A stretch of DNA of 64,000 nt, taken from Abditibacteriaceae bacterium. GTDB taxonomy: Bacteria; Armatimonadota; Abditibacteriia; Abditibacteriales; Abditibacteriaceae. The translations under genes were made by a program, and so were the position numbers. Position 1 is the first letter of the stretch. Each line of letters opens with the position of its first letter. This document shows positions 10,825-20,503 of this stretch, piece after piece. The notes below the pieces were generated by a model, which saw nothing but the letters and a program-made list of their open reading frames with translations, was not told where the DNA came from and ran no database searches. The stretch is taken from positions 9,084-73,083 of the forward strand of contig JANMKN010000043.1 in assembly GCA_031372065.1 (NCBI GenBank), read 5' to 3'.

Positions 10825-10842
10825 GCCCCAAGGCCAAAAACC
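10815..10842. repeat. Right 28-bp inverted repeat of four-helix-bundle element
   Basis: aaaagcctaagccccaaggccaaaaacc ends immediately before the ATG at 10843. Confidence 0.75.
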
Positions 10843-11580
10843 ATGCCTTTAATTGATCTTCTTTGCCATTATGGTGTGACGGATACGACGCTGGCGATTC
10901 GTCCGCAGGAGTTGTCGCGTGCCAAAGCGTATGCCGATCAGTTCGGTGTGGAAATGCTTTGTTTCGTGTCCCGCGAAGCGGCCAGTGACATTCACGGGGG
11001 CAACGCGAAATTAGCGCAGGCTTTGGCGATGGATGCGCGCTTTCGTGGCTGGCTCACGCTGTCTATGCATCAGGCCGAAGCCTCTCACGAACTGGCGCGC
11101 TTGCATTTATTGCGCGCGCAATGGATTGGTGCGCGCCTTGAGCAAGATACTGATGACGATGCCATAAATACCGCCGGTGGGCGCGAAGTCTTGAATGCTC
11201 TGCGTCGCTACGGACGCCCGGTGCTGGTGACCGCGACAACGCCGGTAACTTTGCACGCTGTAGTCGAAGCAGCGGCAGAGTTTCACACGCTGCGCTTTAT
11301 TTTGAATCCGCAAAGCCCGTCGCTGGCTACGGACGCGGTTCACGCCATCAAGCAAACGATCAATGTGTCGTTGCTGCCTTCGGCGGCCTTTGCCGAACGC
11401 GATTTAATCGCTCATGCCTTTGCTATTTTGGGCGATAGGCGCGTTTTGTGGTGTTCCGATTGGGGGCGTCACCATCCGGCAGGCGCCTTGGGCATGATTA
11501 AAGACAGCGCTGTCACCGGTTTGCAACGCGAACGGGTCGGTTATCGCAATGCCCGCGAGTTGTTGGCCGCAGGCCAATAA
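10843..11580 (+). CDS. Amidohydrolase_2-fold protein, degenerate
   Basis: LIDLLCHYG start, RRVLWCSDWG and RERVGYRNARELL C-terminus. Confidence 0.7.
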   Translation: MPLIDLLCHYGVTDTTLAIRPQELSRAKAYADQFGVEMLCFVSREAASDIHGGNAKLAQALAMDARFRGWLTLSMHQAEASHELARLHLLRAQWIGARLEQDTDDDAINTAGGREVLNALRRYGRPVLVTATTPVTLHAVVEAAAEFHTLRFILNPQSPSLATDAVHAIKQTINVSLLPSAAFAERDLIAHAFAILGDRRVLWCSDWGRHHPAGALGMIKDSAVTGLQRERVGYRNARELLAAGQ

Positions 11581-11669
11581 CGATGCTTGAATTCAAGGCG
11601 CGTCTTGCGGGATAGTTTGTAAAATAAACGGTGCGCTTATTCACTAAAGTTCGGGGAGACGCTCGCTCC

Positions 11670-12920
11670 ATGCACGATTTGATGAATGAATTGAAAAATA
11701 CGCCCCAAGAAGGCGTAATCGAAAACGTGAAACCAACTAAAAACAGATTGAAACAGCTTGCCAAAACTGGTGGGGCCAAAGGCCTGTGGTGGAATGCTTT
11801 CTGGCCGTGCTTGGCTTTGGCATGCGTGATTGGGCCGGCTTTGCCAATTTTCGGCGGTTGCGCCTTTGTCAACAAAGTGCCGGAGGTAGAACCCACGCCG
11901 ACTCCTGTGCCGGATATTCCCATTCATCCCGATGTTTATAAGCCCGCGCCCATTACGGACGATACGACGATTAAGCATCTGACCGATGGTGATCCCAAGG
12001 ATAGCGGCGGCAAAAATCTGATTCCCGATTTTTACCAGTTAGTCGGTGCCGATGGTGGCGATAAACTTACGTTGCAGGCTTATCGTATCCCCCTGACAGC
12101 CGCAGGCAAAGAAGGCGTGCCTTACATTGTTCCGTTGGATAAGCCCGTCAGGGTGAAATTGGGCGGTATTCTGTGTCCTTTGAGAGATGAAAGAGGCTGG
12201 GGAGAAGCCAGAAGTGTCACGCAAAACTGGCTTGGGGGCCGTCGTTTGCAGGTGGACGAAGACAAAAAATATCCCATCGGCATTGATGGCCGAAATATCG
12301 TGCAAATTCGCATTAAAAGCGAAGTGAAAACCAAAGCGGCTGACGGAACCGTGACCAAAACCGAAGAAGAGCGTCCCTTCAACCAACTTTTGGTGCGCGC
12401 GGGCTATGCGTTTGTGGATTTAATTACTCCGACTTCCTTTGATTACAAAACGTGGATTGTGGACGAGGAATACGCGCGCGGTGTGCGCGAGGAACCAGCC
12501 CCGTGGCAACTAAAGAATGTTGCGGCAGGTCAACCAACCCCCAAACCGGCGCCCGGCACTCCGGTTGGATTGTGGGCACAAGGCATTTATCCTTATCCTG
12601 ATTTTCGTCCCGGCGCGACGCACGGCCCGAAAACCATAGTTATCGGTGCTGATAAATCAGCGGTGAAAGTAATCACTAAAGAAATTACGGTGTCCGCAGG
12701 AGCAAAGACGATCAGTGGGACGACTTCGCGTATGGCGATGACCAAAACATCAAGGACCGGCACCACCGAAAGCGGTAAAGTGTGGATAAATACTGATTCT
12801 AAAGAGAATGTTTATCACTATCCCAACTCACGTTTTTATCGCAAAACTAAAGCCGGGAAATTAATGAGCGAATCGGCAGCGAAGGCGGCAGGCTACCGTC
12901 CAGCCAAGAAAGGCCAGTAG
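11670..12920 (+). CDS. Thermonuclease (SNase)-like membrane/lipoprotein with C-terminal Ada-like module
   Basis: SNase pattern DGGDKL..VRVKLGGI..GR..FNQLLVRAGYA..EEYAR..GLW; C-terminal VYHYPNSRFY...SESAAKAAGYRPA. Start codon uncertain. Confidence 0.65.
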   Translation: MHDLMNELKNTPQEGVIENVKPTKNRLKQLAKTGGAKGLWWNAFWPCLALACVIGPALPIFGGCAFVNKVPEVEPTPTPVPDIPIHPDVYKPAPITDDTTIKHLTDGDPKDSGGKNLIPDFYQLVGADGGDKLTLQAYRIPLTAAGKEGVPYIVPLDKPVRVKLGGILCPLRDERGWGEARSVTQNWLGGRRLQVDEDKKYPIGIDGRNIVQIRIKSEVKTKAADGTVTKTEEERPFNQLLVRAGYAFVDLITPTSFDYKTWIVDEEYARGVREEPAPWQLKNVAAGQPTPKPAPGTPVGLWAQGIYPYPDFRPGATHGPKTIVIGADKSAVKVITKEITVSAGAKTISGTTSRMAMTKTSRTGTTESGKVWINTDSKENVYHYPNSRFYRKTKAGKLMSESAAKAAGYRPAKKGQ

Positions 12921-12968
12921 TCAGACATCTGATTTTCTCTTCGTCTTCTGACTGGTAAGTCAAGTTGC

Positions 12969-13000
12969 AAAAAAGGGACAGCGTGCGCTGTCCCTTTTTT
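12969..13000. terminator. Intrinsic terminator, potentially bidirectional
   Basis: aaaaaagggacagcg-tg-cgctgtccctttttt hairpin with A and T tracts. Confidence 0.85.
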
Positions 13001-13021
13001 GATGGTGTAATGATTTGAAAT

Positions 13022-13411
13022 ATGAACATTCGCCAACAACGCGGCCAAACGGGTGAAGACGCAGTGGCATCGCATCTGGAAAAAGCTGGTTTTCGTCTTG
13101 TGGCGCGCAACTGGCGCCCCGGCTCTAAATCGGGCGGCGCCGGAATGCGCGGCGAAATTGACATCATCGCGTGGCACGGCAAGATTCTTTGTTTTATCGA
13201 AGTGAAAACGCGCAGTGGTCAAGCCTTCGGAGCGCCGCAAGAAGCTGTCAATCGCGCCAAACAGCGCCAAATTTCGCGTCTTGCGAACGCCTATGTTTCA
13301 TTTCATCGCCTTGATGTGCCGTGTCGCTTTGATGTCGCCGAAGTCTGGCTTTCTACTGATGTCCCACCGCGCATTGTTGTCCATGAAAATGCTTTCGATT
13401 ATTGCGGTTGA
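13022..13411 (+). CDS. yraN: YraN (UPF0102) family protein
   Basis: G..GED.V...L...G.R.VARNWR, GEIDII, FIEVKTR, RFDV, ENAF. Confidence 0.92.
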   Translation: MNIRQQRGQTGEDAVASHLEKAGFRLVARNWRPGSKSGGAGMRGEIDIIAWHGKILCFIEVKTRSGQAFGAPQEAVNRAKQRQISRLANAYVSFHRLDVPCRFDVAEVWLSTDVPPRIVVHENAFDYCG

Positions 13412-13453
13412 GGCGGGGTTCTTTACTAAATTGGTGCTACCGTCCTGAATCGC

Positions 13454-14968
13454 TTACGCGCCTTTAGTGACGCGAATTTTATCAATGGTCTGGCCGCTTT
13501 CGTCAATTTGCGTCATGGCAAGCGCCTCGCCTTCGATTTCAAAAAGCGTCAGCGAATGGCGATCCGAAATAAATTTCGTGACATAAGACACATTGGCGTC
13601 TTCGGCGCGCGTCCATTTTGTCGGTTCGTTGTTCGCTTCGGGGTCATATAAATGCTTGCCGCCAGCGCCAGTTACGATGTGCAAAACGCCATCGGCGCGG
13701 GTGTGGTTTTCACCATCAAAAACGCGGTCAATCGCGAAAAGGCCGGGCGTCAGGCGGGCCTTGGTGTTCAAACGTCTGGCGCCATCAAGATTCGCTGGCT
13801 TAAAACGCAGTGGTTGCGGGCGTTGATAGTTATGTTCGTGTCCGTTTAACACGAAGTCCACATTATGCGCCTCGAAAATCGGCATCAAAATGCGCATCTG
13901 TTGTTCGGCGTAATGATCGGCTCCCACATTAAATGCCGGATGATGATAAACGACAAATTTCCAGCGCGCGTCGGTGTTTTTCAAATCATCCGAAATCCAA
14001 TTTTGCAGCGCCTCGTTTGTTGGATCAACATACAAATTGGAATCGAGACAGAGAAAATGCGCGTCGCCGTAATCAAACGAGTAATTCGCCATGCGAGGAA
14101 AACGCGCGCCCGCACAGATTTTAAATTCTTCGAGGCGTTTGGCATCGCCAATAGCAGGCGGCGCGATGGGCGGCAGCGGGCCGTTGAGTGGCAAGTGCAT
14201 ATTGGTGAAATACGCCAGCGAATCGGGGTTCTTGGTGAAATCGGCTACGGGACGTTTTTGCTCGTCTTTGTCATGCACGTCATGGTTTGCCATTACGGTA
14301 TAAAACGGCACGCTGCGCAATAAAGGCGCACCGATGCGCGGTCCGTTTTGGTCGGCATTGTAAACAGGAAAAAAGTAGCGCGCGTATTCGTTATCGAGGC
14401 CGCCATCGTAAACATTATCGCCGGTATTCATCACGAAATCGGGCTTCGCTTGATAAGCCTGATAAGCAATCGCGCGGTCACTGATGTCGCCGAACGAATT
14501 ATCGCCGAACGCCACGAAACGAATCGCTTTACCGCGCGGTTGACGCGTGGTGAAATAGCCTTCGAGCAGCGTTTTTTCGTTGCACAACACGCGATATTCG
14601 TAGCGACGGCCCAACTCTAAGCCGTCCAAAGTCGTCGCGTAGTTGAAGCGCGTTTCGCCATCATCGGCGTCGCCCGACCAGCGCATGGTGCGTTGCGGCA
14701 TTGCGGTGCGCGTTAGCTTTTTATCGGCGCCAAAATGCACCACGAAATTTGCCGCTTTTTCTTGCGTTTGCCACGCGATAACGATGCTTTCGGCGCCCGC
14801 CACCAAACGGCTCCTGTTTCCCGGCTGAATATAGGGCAACGCCGTGAAAATCGGCCAATCAGCGGCTTTTTCGGCGGCAAAAAGGCCGCTTTTAATAGGC
14901 GAAAGCGCTAAAAATGTGACGCCGCCTGCCGCTTTCAAAAATTGGCGGCGCGAAATTTCTTGGGACAT
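13454..14968 (-). CDS. Tat-exported purple-acid-phosphatase-like metallophosphoesterase
   Basis: SRRQFLK Tat motif; FGD, TGDNVY, ANHD, HHP and GHEHNY motifs. Confidence 0.9.
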   Translation of the reverse strand: MSQEISRRQFLKAAGGVTFLALSPIKSGLFAAEKAADWPIFTALPYIQPGNRSRLVAGAESIVIAWQTQEKAANFVVHFGADKKLTRTAMPQRTMRWSGDADDGETRFNYATTLDGLELGRRYEYRVLCNEKTLLEGYFTTRQPRGKAIRFVAFGDNSFGDISDRAIAYQAYQAKPDFVMNTGDNVYDGGLDNEYARYFFPVYNADQNGPRIGAPLLRSVPFYTVMANHDVHDKDEQKRPVADFTKNPDSLAYFTNMHLPLNGPLPPIAPPAIGDAKRLEEFKICAGARFPRMANYSFDYGDAHFLCLDSNLYVDPTNEALQNWISDDLKNTDARWKFVVYHHPAFNVGADHYAEQQMRILMPIFEAHNVDFVLNGHEHNYQRPQPLRFKPANLDGARRLNTKARLTPGLFAIDRVFDGENHTRADGVLHIVTGAGGKHLYDPEANNEPTKWTRAEDANVSYVTKFISDRHSLTLFEIEGEALAMTQIDESGQTIDKIRVTKGA

Positions 14969-15038
14969 GGTTTCCTCATCAAAACGGGGAAAGAACACCA
15001 GTTCTTTCCCCGCTCAAAGCTCTCAACAGATGAATAAT

Positions 15039-15935
15039 TTACGGGCGCTCTAAACCTTGCGAATTGCAGGAACCATCGCCACCCGCCAGATAATTGGGGT
15101 CAGAAGGCAAGAGATTACGACGCGGCGAAACCGTCGGCCCATCGCAATAAGTATCGTAGCGCGCCTTACTGTTGACGAATTTAACGTGGCCGTCCAAAAA
15201 CGCCATGATCATGCCGCCTTTGTGGAACACGTTCGGGTCGCCTTTGGTGGGGTTGACTGTTTCCCAAGGGCCGACAAAACAACGCATTACACGCTGTTCG
15301 GAAGGTCGCGCCGGAAAACTGAGCGGCATGGGAAATGGCGGTTCCATCGTGAAGCTGGCAGCAGGAATAGCCGTTGCACCGCCGGCAGGAGCCAACAAAG
15401 CTGTTGTAGCGGTCTGCGTGTATTTTGTGGGGTTGGCCGGAGCTGGTGCCCATGTTGAAGGCAACATAGACAAATTTTCTTTGGTGAATTTATACGAGGT
15501 GCCGTAAGCCTGCCAAACTTTGGCGCCTGCCGGAATATCCTTGCCGCCCGCTGTTGTGGTTCCCGCTGTGTAGGCGCTGAAACCCGCGTCGTTGGGGCAT
15601 TGCAAAACCTGTTGGCTTTTCAAATAAGGATAAATAAAAGCCGCCACGCTGAACTCTTTGATACCATAGGTTCCGGCAATCAGTGGCCCGACTTGTGCGT
15701 TTCCGCTAACCGAAAGCGGCATCGCTTCATCATAATCCTGCGTGTATTGTTGAATTCCGAGAATACACTGCTTCAAGTTGTTCTGGCAAGTCGCCAAGCG
15801 CGCTTTTTCACGGGCCTGAGCAAAAACCGGGAAAAGAATCGCCGCGAGGAGCGCTATTATCGCTATGACGACCAAGAGTTCGATGAGCGTGAACGCTTGG
15901 CGCGGAGGGCGGGTGAGACCGAAATGTTTTTTCAT
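15039..15935 (-). CDS. DUF1559 prepilin-type N-terminal cleavage/methylation protein with H-X9-DG domain
   Basis: [33 protein letters not shown]...C.NNLKQ and [16 protein letters not shown]. Confidence 0.92.
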   Translation of the reverse strand: MKKHFGLTRPPRQAFTLIELLVVIAIIALLAAILFPVFAQAREKARLATCQNNLKQCILGIQQYTQDYDEAMPLSVSGNAQVGPLIAGTYGIKEFSVAAFIYPYLKSQQVLQCPNDAGFSAYTAGTTTAGGKDIPAGAKVWQAYGTSYKFTKENLSMLPSTWAPAPANPTKYTQTATTALLAPAGGATAIPAASFTMEPPFPMPLSFPARPSEQRVMRCFVGPWETVNPTKGDPNVFHKGGMIMAFLDGHVKFVNSKARYDTYCDGPTVSPRRNLLPSDPNYLAGGDGSCNSQGLERP

Positions 15936-16099
15936 AGTGAATCCGATGTCGAAAAATTTAATGCCGAACATCCGGCATCTTCTCGACTCAGATTAGCACT
16001 GTAACTTTAAATTTCGGTGAATTTTCGATTAAGGTTGGTGGCGAAACCGCTAAGAATCAGCTTAAAAGTCGCTTTTGGGACTTTATCTCCTTCAAGCCT

Positions 16100-16411
16100 A
16101 TGCCATTCCGCCAACTGAAGATGCTATCCGCCGCCAGCGGAATGGCATCTTCAGTTGGCGGAATGGCATCTTCAGTTGGCGGAATGGCATCTTCAACAGG
16201 GGAAATGGCATCTTCAACAGGGGAAATGGCATCTTCAACAGGGGAAATGGCATCTTCAACTGCTGGAATGGCATCTTCAACTGCTGGAATGGCATCTTCA
16301 ACTGCTGGAATGGCATCTTCAACTGCTGAAATGGCATCTTCAACTGCTGGAATGGCATCTTCAACTGCTGGAATGGCATCTTCAACTGCTGGAATGGCAT
16401 CTTCAACGAGG
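16100..16411. repeat. 13 x 21-bp tandem array preceded by an inverted copy
   Basis: gRaatggcatcttcaactgct units from 16139 to 16411; 16100-16129 is the near reverse complement of the first units. Confidence 0.95.
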
Positions 16412-16426
16412 AAAATGCCTTTTTCC

Positions 16427-19400
16427 TTAAGATTTCGTAGTCAACTGAAGAATGGCATCTACTAAATCGGCGGGTGGGATGGGTTTGACCAAGTGCATCT
16501 GATAGCCAGCTTTTAAGGCAGTTTCGCGATCTTGCCCACGCGCATAGGCTGTCAAGGCGATAGCGGGCACGGTGCTAATTTCGTCGGGATGCAAGGCGCG
16601 CACAAATTTGATGAGGGCATAACCGTCTTCGCCCGGCATTCCAATATCAGAAATCAGCACATCGGGCTTCCAGCGCGCCAAAATTTGTCGCGCGGCCATC
16701 GCTGAATCCGCGACTTCGACATCGGCGCCCGCTATAAGCAATATATGCGATAGCATATCGCGCGTGGCTGGCTCATCATCCACCACTAACAAGCTCAAAC
16801 CCAACAGGGCATCCGACGCGACAGAGACGCGCGCTGGCCCGCTGCTATTGGGCGCCCAATCTTGGGGCAATGGCGAGGCCGGAATCGAGTCCAGATGGGG
16901 TGTAAGGTTGCCGGAATCAAGGTTTTCGGGAGGTAAAAGCGGCAATGAAATCGCGAATGTGGCGCCTTTGTTGGCGCCGTCGCTGTGCGCTTCGACTTTG
17001 CCGTTATGCAATTCCACCAAGTGGCGCACTATGGACAAGCCCAAACCTAAGCCGCCGTGCAATCGGCTGGTTGAAGCATCGGCTTGCGAGAAACGATCAA
17101 ACACATGGGGCAAAAAATCTGGTTCTATGCCGATGCCCGTGTCTTTCACCACGATTTGCGCCATGCCATTGCGCTCGCTGAGTTGAATTTCGATGCGCCC
17201 CCCAAAGGGCGTGAATTTAACGGCGTTTGAAAGCAGGTTGCCGATCACTTGCTGCAAGCGGCGTGGGTCGCCTTCGATAAGGCCAAGCGCCGGATCAAAC
17301 GAAGTCCAAAATTGAATTTCTTTTTTATTGGCCGCAGGACGCACCACCGAAATAGCCGCTTCCAGTATGGTGCGTAAGCGAATCTGGTGAGTATGCAGAT
17401 GGGCGTTACCCGAAATAATGCGTGACACGTCCAACAAATCATCAATGATTTGCGATTGCACCTCGGCGCCCTGTTGAATGGCGTCCAAGGCATGAAGTCG
17501 CATTTCTGCGTCCAAGCTGCCTGCCATTTCGTTATCGCGCAAGGTCGAAACCCAACCGAGAATGGGTGTGAGAGGTGTGCGCAATTCATGCGAAACAACA
17601 GCTAAAAATTCGTCTTTCGCACGACTGGCTGCTTCGGCCTCGCGGCGCGCTTGTTGTGCTTCACCGTAAAGATGAGCGTTTTCCAGCGCCAGTGCGGCGC
17701 GGCGCATTAGTTCTTCGATGAGGCCGATGTCATGGCGTTCAAAAAACGGCTGACTTATGCTGCATAATTTCACCAGACCAACGACGAGGCTCCGCGCTAT
17801 CAAGGGAACGATGAGGCAGGATTTTATATTTAGCGATTGAATCAGAGCCAGATGGTCAGCGTCTTCTATGCCGGAAAGGAACATATTCACATCGAAATTT
17901 TCAATGTGAACGGTGCGGCCACTGGAAAAAGCGTCGCCACCGGGCACGCCAGCATCAAGCCGAGGCCGGTATAACAGCAGTGGCTCCAAGAGAGCCTGTT
18001 GGCTTTCGTCGCGGTGATGTGCAACGAAGCGCCGGACATTGTCTTCTGCACCTTCGGGCCATTCGACGGTAATGCCCCGCCCGACCAAGTCAATCACGCA
18101 AATTTCCGCTAATTCCGCCACACACAGGCGCGATAGGGTGCGCAAAGTGCCTTCGTAATCCAATGAAGAAGCGAAAGCAGCACTGGCTTCGGCTAACAAG
18201 CGCTGATTGCGCTCGGCGCGTTTGCGCGCTGTAATATCCTCGATGACGGCGATAAAGTAAGGCTCGCTCGCGGACTCATTACTGGGGCTTTCCACAAGCG
18301 AGGCTGTGAGGTTGGCCCACACCACGCGGCCTGACTTGTGCAGATACCGTTTTTCCATCGAATAGCTATTCAAAGGAGCGGTTAGGGCCTTTTCAAAAAG
18401 CGAGATATTGCGATCTAAATCTTCAGGGTGCGTAATGTCTTGAAAATGCATTCCCGACAACATTTCATCGCGTGTGTAGCCCAAGATTTCACAAAGTTTG
18501 TAATTAACGCGCAGCCAACGGCCATCGCTGCTAATATGCGCCACGCCCACCCCTGCTTGCTCGAAAGTGGAGCGGAAACGTTCTTCGCTGAGGCGCAAAC
18601 TTTCTTCGGCCTGCATACGGTCGGTAATATCCTGCGCCATCGAAAGCACGCCGGAGAATGTGCCGTCGCGCTCGAAGAGTGGCGTATTCGACCAAAGGCA
18701 AACGATGCGGCGACCATCGCGCGTCACGTTTTCGTTGACGATATGCGCCGAGTTGTCACCAGAAGACAAGCGCTGCCAGATTTCATCTACGAGCGGCTGC
18801 ACTTCCGGCGGCACAATAGATTTAAAGGCGTGCTGTCCTTTGACTTCAGCGGCGGTGTAGCCAAAAATTGTGGTGGCCGCCGGATTCCATGACTCCACGC
18901 GAAATTCGCTGTCCCACACGATGCAGCCAATTGGCATCCGCTCGAATTGTAAATTCAAGCGGCCTTGCAAATGGCGTGTTTCTTCCACTTCCCTTTGCAA
19001 GCGCCCCAGTAATTCGTCGCGTTCGGCTTCTAATAAGGCCCGCGTCTCTTCGGTTTTTTTGCGCGCCGTGACGTCGCGGATGACCGCTAAAAAGCCACTA
19101 TGCGCGCCGCCCGGCGCGCGCAAGGAACTAATAGAGGCTTCCACTAAAACTTCGCGGCCATCTTTCACCAAACGGTGCAGACATTCGCCTTTCCAGTAGC
19201 CGTTGCGCTCCAATTCTCGTAAGACGGTGGCTCGCCCACCTTGATTGAGCCATTCGTATTCATAAATCTCGGCGAGAGGCCGCCCCAGCACATCATGCGC
19301 CTCCGCGCCGTAAAGCCGCGCCGCCGCGTTGTTCCAATAAATCACCCGCCGTTGCGGGTCTATGACGTTGACGGCATCTTCGACTTGTGCCAGAATGCGC

Positions 19401-20395
19401 GCTTGAAAGCCTTGCCATTCGTCTTCTTCAAGGCGATGGCTATGTAAATCCTGCGCCACCACCAAACCGCCGGTGATGGAATTGGTTTCATCGCGCACTG
19501 GCAAAGCGCGCATCAGCAAAATGCGATTCTCCTCGTGCCCATTTGCCGTTTCTGCCGTGGGCATCGGCACCTCAAAAGTTGTCGAATGACCGCGCAAAGC
19601 CGCATGAAAATGAGGCTCCAGTAGCGTTGCGAATTCGGCAGAGAAAACTTCGGATGGTTGTTTGTGAAGCAAACTGCCGGGGTTGTGGCCCAGCAACATC
19701 AAACCTTCGCCCTGCTCGGCGGTAAACCGCAATTCATAGTCAAAATAAAGGCCCGGCGCATGGGCGAAATCACGCGCTAACGCATGAAATAATTCGCGGC
19801 TTTGGCGCAAGACTTCGAGTGAGGTTTCAAGACCACGCTGGCGTGCCACAACTTGCGAGGCCAACTTCGCTAATTCCTGCGGGGGCGCTGATTTTTCGCT
19901 GCGATTATCCGTAGCAGAGTTCAGCGTGGCTTGCGCGCGGCTGACATCCAATTGATGCGCTATGCGCGCTATAAGCTCGTCGGGCGTGAAAGGTTTGGTG
20001 ACATAATCCTGCGCCCCGGCGTGCAGCAAAGCAACGCGCACATTGGCATCACGCGTGGCCGTTAAAACCACGATGGGCACAGCCGCCAAATCGTCTCGTT
20101 TGCGAAGTTCGCTCACCATGTCCGGCCCTGACATTTGAGGCATCTCTAAATCGCTGAGGATTAAATCGGGATGCAGTTCGAGGGCTTTTTCCAGACCTTC
20201 GATGCCATTGCGGGCCGTCTCGATACGGTAAAACGGCTGTAGCACATAGCTTAAAAGTTCAGCCATGTCATTGTCGTCTTCGACGATGAGCAACAAAAGT
20301 CGCGCATCTTCCGGCCCAGTTGGCGCTGCGCTTGACGAGGTCACTGGATTGGTTTGAGAATCTATAAGAGGATTCATATCAGTCACCCTTAACAT
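16427..20395 (-). CDS. Hybrid sensor kinase REC-PAS(n)-GAF-HisKA-HATPase-REC
   Basis: N-terminal receiver, several PAS/PAC domains, SHELRTPL, NAVKFT, GGLGLGL and a C-terminal receiver. Confidence 0.95.
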   Translation of the reverse strand: MLRVTDMNPLIDSQTNPVTSSSAAPTGPEDARLLLLIVEDDNDMAELLSYVLQPFYRIETARNGIEGLEKALELHPDLILSDLEMPQMSGPDMVSELRKRDDLAAVPIVVLTATRDANVRVALLHAGAQDYVTKPFTPDELIARIAHQLDVSRAQATLNSATDNRSEKSAPPQELAKLASQVVARQRGLETSLEVLRQSRELFHALARDFAHAPGLYFDYELRFTAEQGEGLMLLGHNPGSLLHKQPSEVFSAEFATLLEPHFHAALRGHSTTFEVPMPTAETANGHEENRILLMRALPVRDETNSITGGLVVAQDLHSHRLEEDEWQGFQARILAQVEDAVNVIDPQRRVIYWNNAAARLYGAEAHDVLGRPLAEIYEYEWLNQGGRATVLRELERNGYWKGECLHRLVKDGREVLVEASISSLRAPGGAHSGFLAVIRDVTARKKTEETRALLEAERDELLGRLQREVEETRHLQGRLNLQFERMPIGCIVWDSEFRVESWNPAATTIFGYTAAEVKGQHAFKSIVPPEVQPLVDEIWQRLSSGDNSAHIVNENVTRDGRRIVCLWSNTPLFERDGTFSGVLSMAQDITDRMQAEESLRLSEERFRSTFEQAGVGVAHISSDGRWLRVNYKLCEILGYTRDEMLSGMHFQDITHPEDLDRNISLFEKALTAPLNSYSMEKRYLHKSGRVVWANLTASLVESPSNESASEPYFIAVIEDITARKRAERNQRLLAEASAAFASSLDYEGTLRTLSRLCVAELAEICVIDLVGRGITVEWPEGAEDNVRRFVAHHRDESQQALLEPLLLYRPRLDAGVPGGDAFSSGRTVHIENFDVNMFLSGIEDADHLALIQSLNIKSCLIVPLIARSLVVGLVKLCSISQPFFERHDIGLIEELMRRAALALENAHLYGEAQQARREAEAASRAKDEFLAVVSHELRTPLTPILGWVSTLRDNEMAGSLDAEMRLHALDAIQQGAEVQSQIIDDLLDVSRIISGNAHLHTHQIRLRTILEAAISVVRPAANKKEIQFWTSFDPALGLIEGDPRRLQQVIGNLLSNAVKFTPFGGRIEIQLSERNGMAQIVVKDTGIGIEPDFLPHVFDRFSQADASTSRLHGGLGLGLSIVRHLVELHNGKVEAHSDGANKGATFAISLPLLPPENLDSGNLTPHLDSIPASPLPQDWAPNSSGPARVSVASDALLGLSLLVVDDEPATRDMLSHILLIAGADVEVADSAMAARQILARWKPDVLISDIGMPGEDGYALIKFVRALHPDEISTVPAIALTAYARGQDRETALKAGYQMHLVKPIPPADLVDAILQLTTKS

Positions 20396-20452
20396 ACAGG
20401 AAACGAAGAATGCGACACTCTTGTTGTCATAGATTTTACAGTGAATTCCAAC

Positions 20453-20487
20453 GACAAGGCCCGGAAAATTATTTCCGGGCCTTGTCC
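20453..20487. terminator. Hairpin, likely terminator of the DHS-like gene
   Basis: gacaaggcccggaaa-atta-tttccgggccttgtc perfect stem. Confidence 0.65.
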
Positions 20488-20503
20488 GTCAAGCGATTGC
20501 GCT

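Noticed and set aside
15039..15935. Type IV pilus or T2SS locus from the prepilin-like genes
   Set aside because: DUF1559/H-X9-DG genes occur as dispersed paralogs, and no assembly ATPase, secretin or platform gene is in the window.
16139..16411. CRISPR array, or the heptad-repeat ORFs across it (MASSTAG, LKMPFQQ)
   Set aside because: Units are contiguous with no unique spacers and no cas genes are present. The ORFs are open in several frames on both strands simply because the 21-mer lacks stops.
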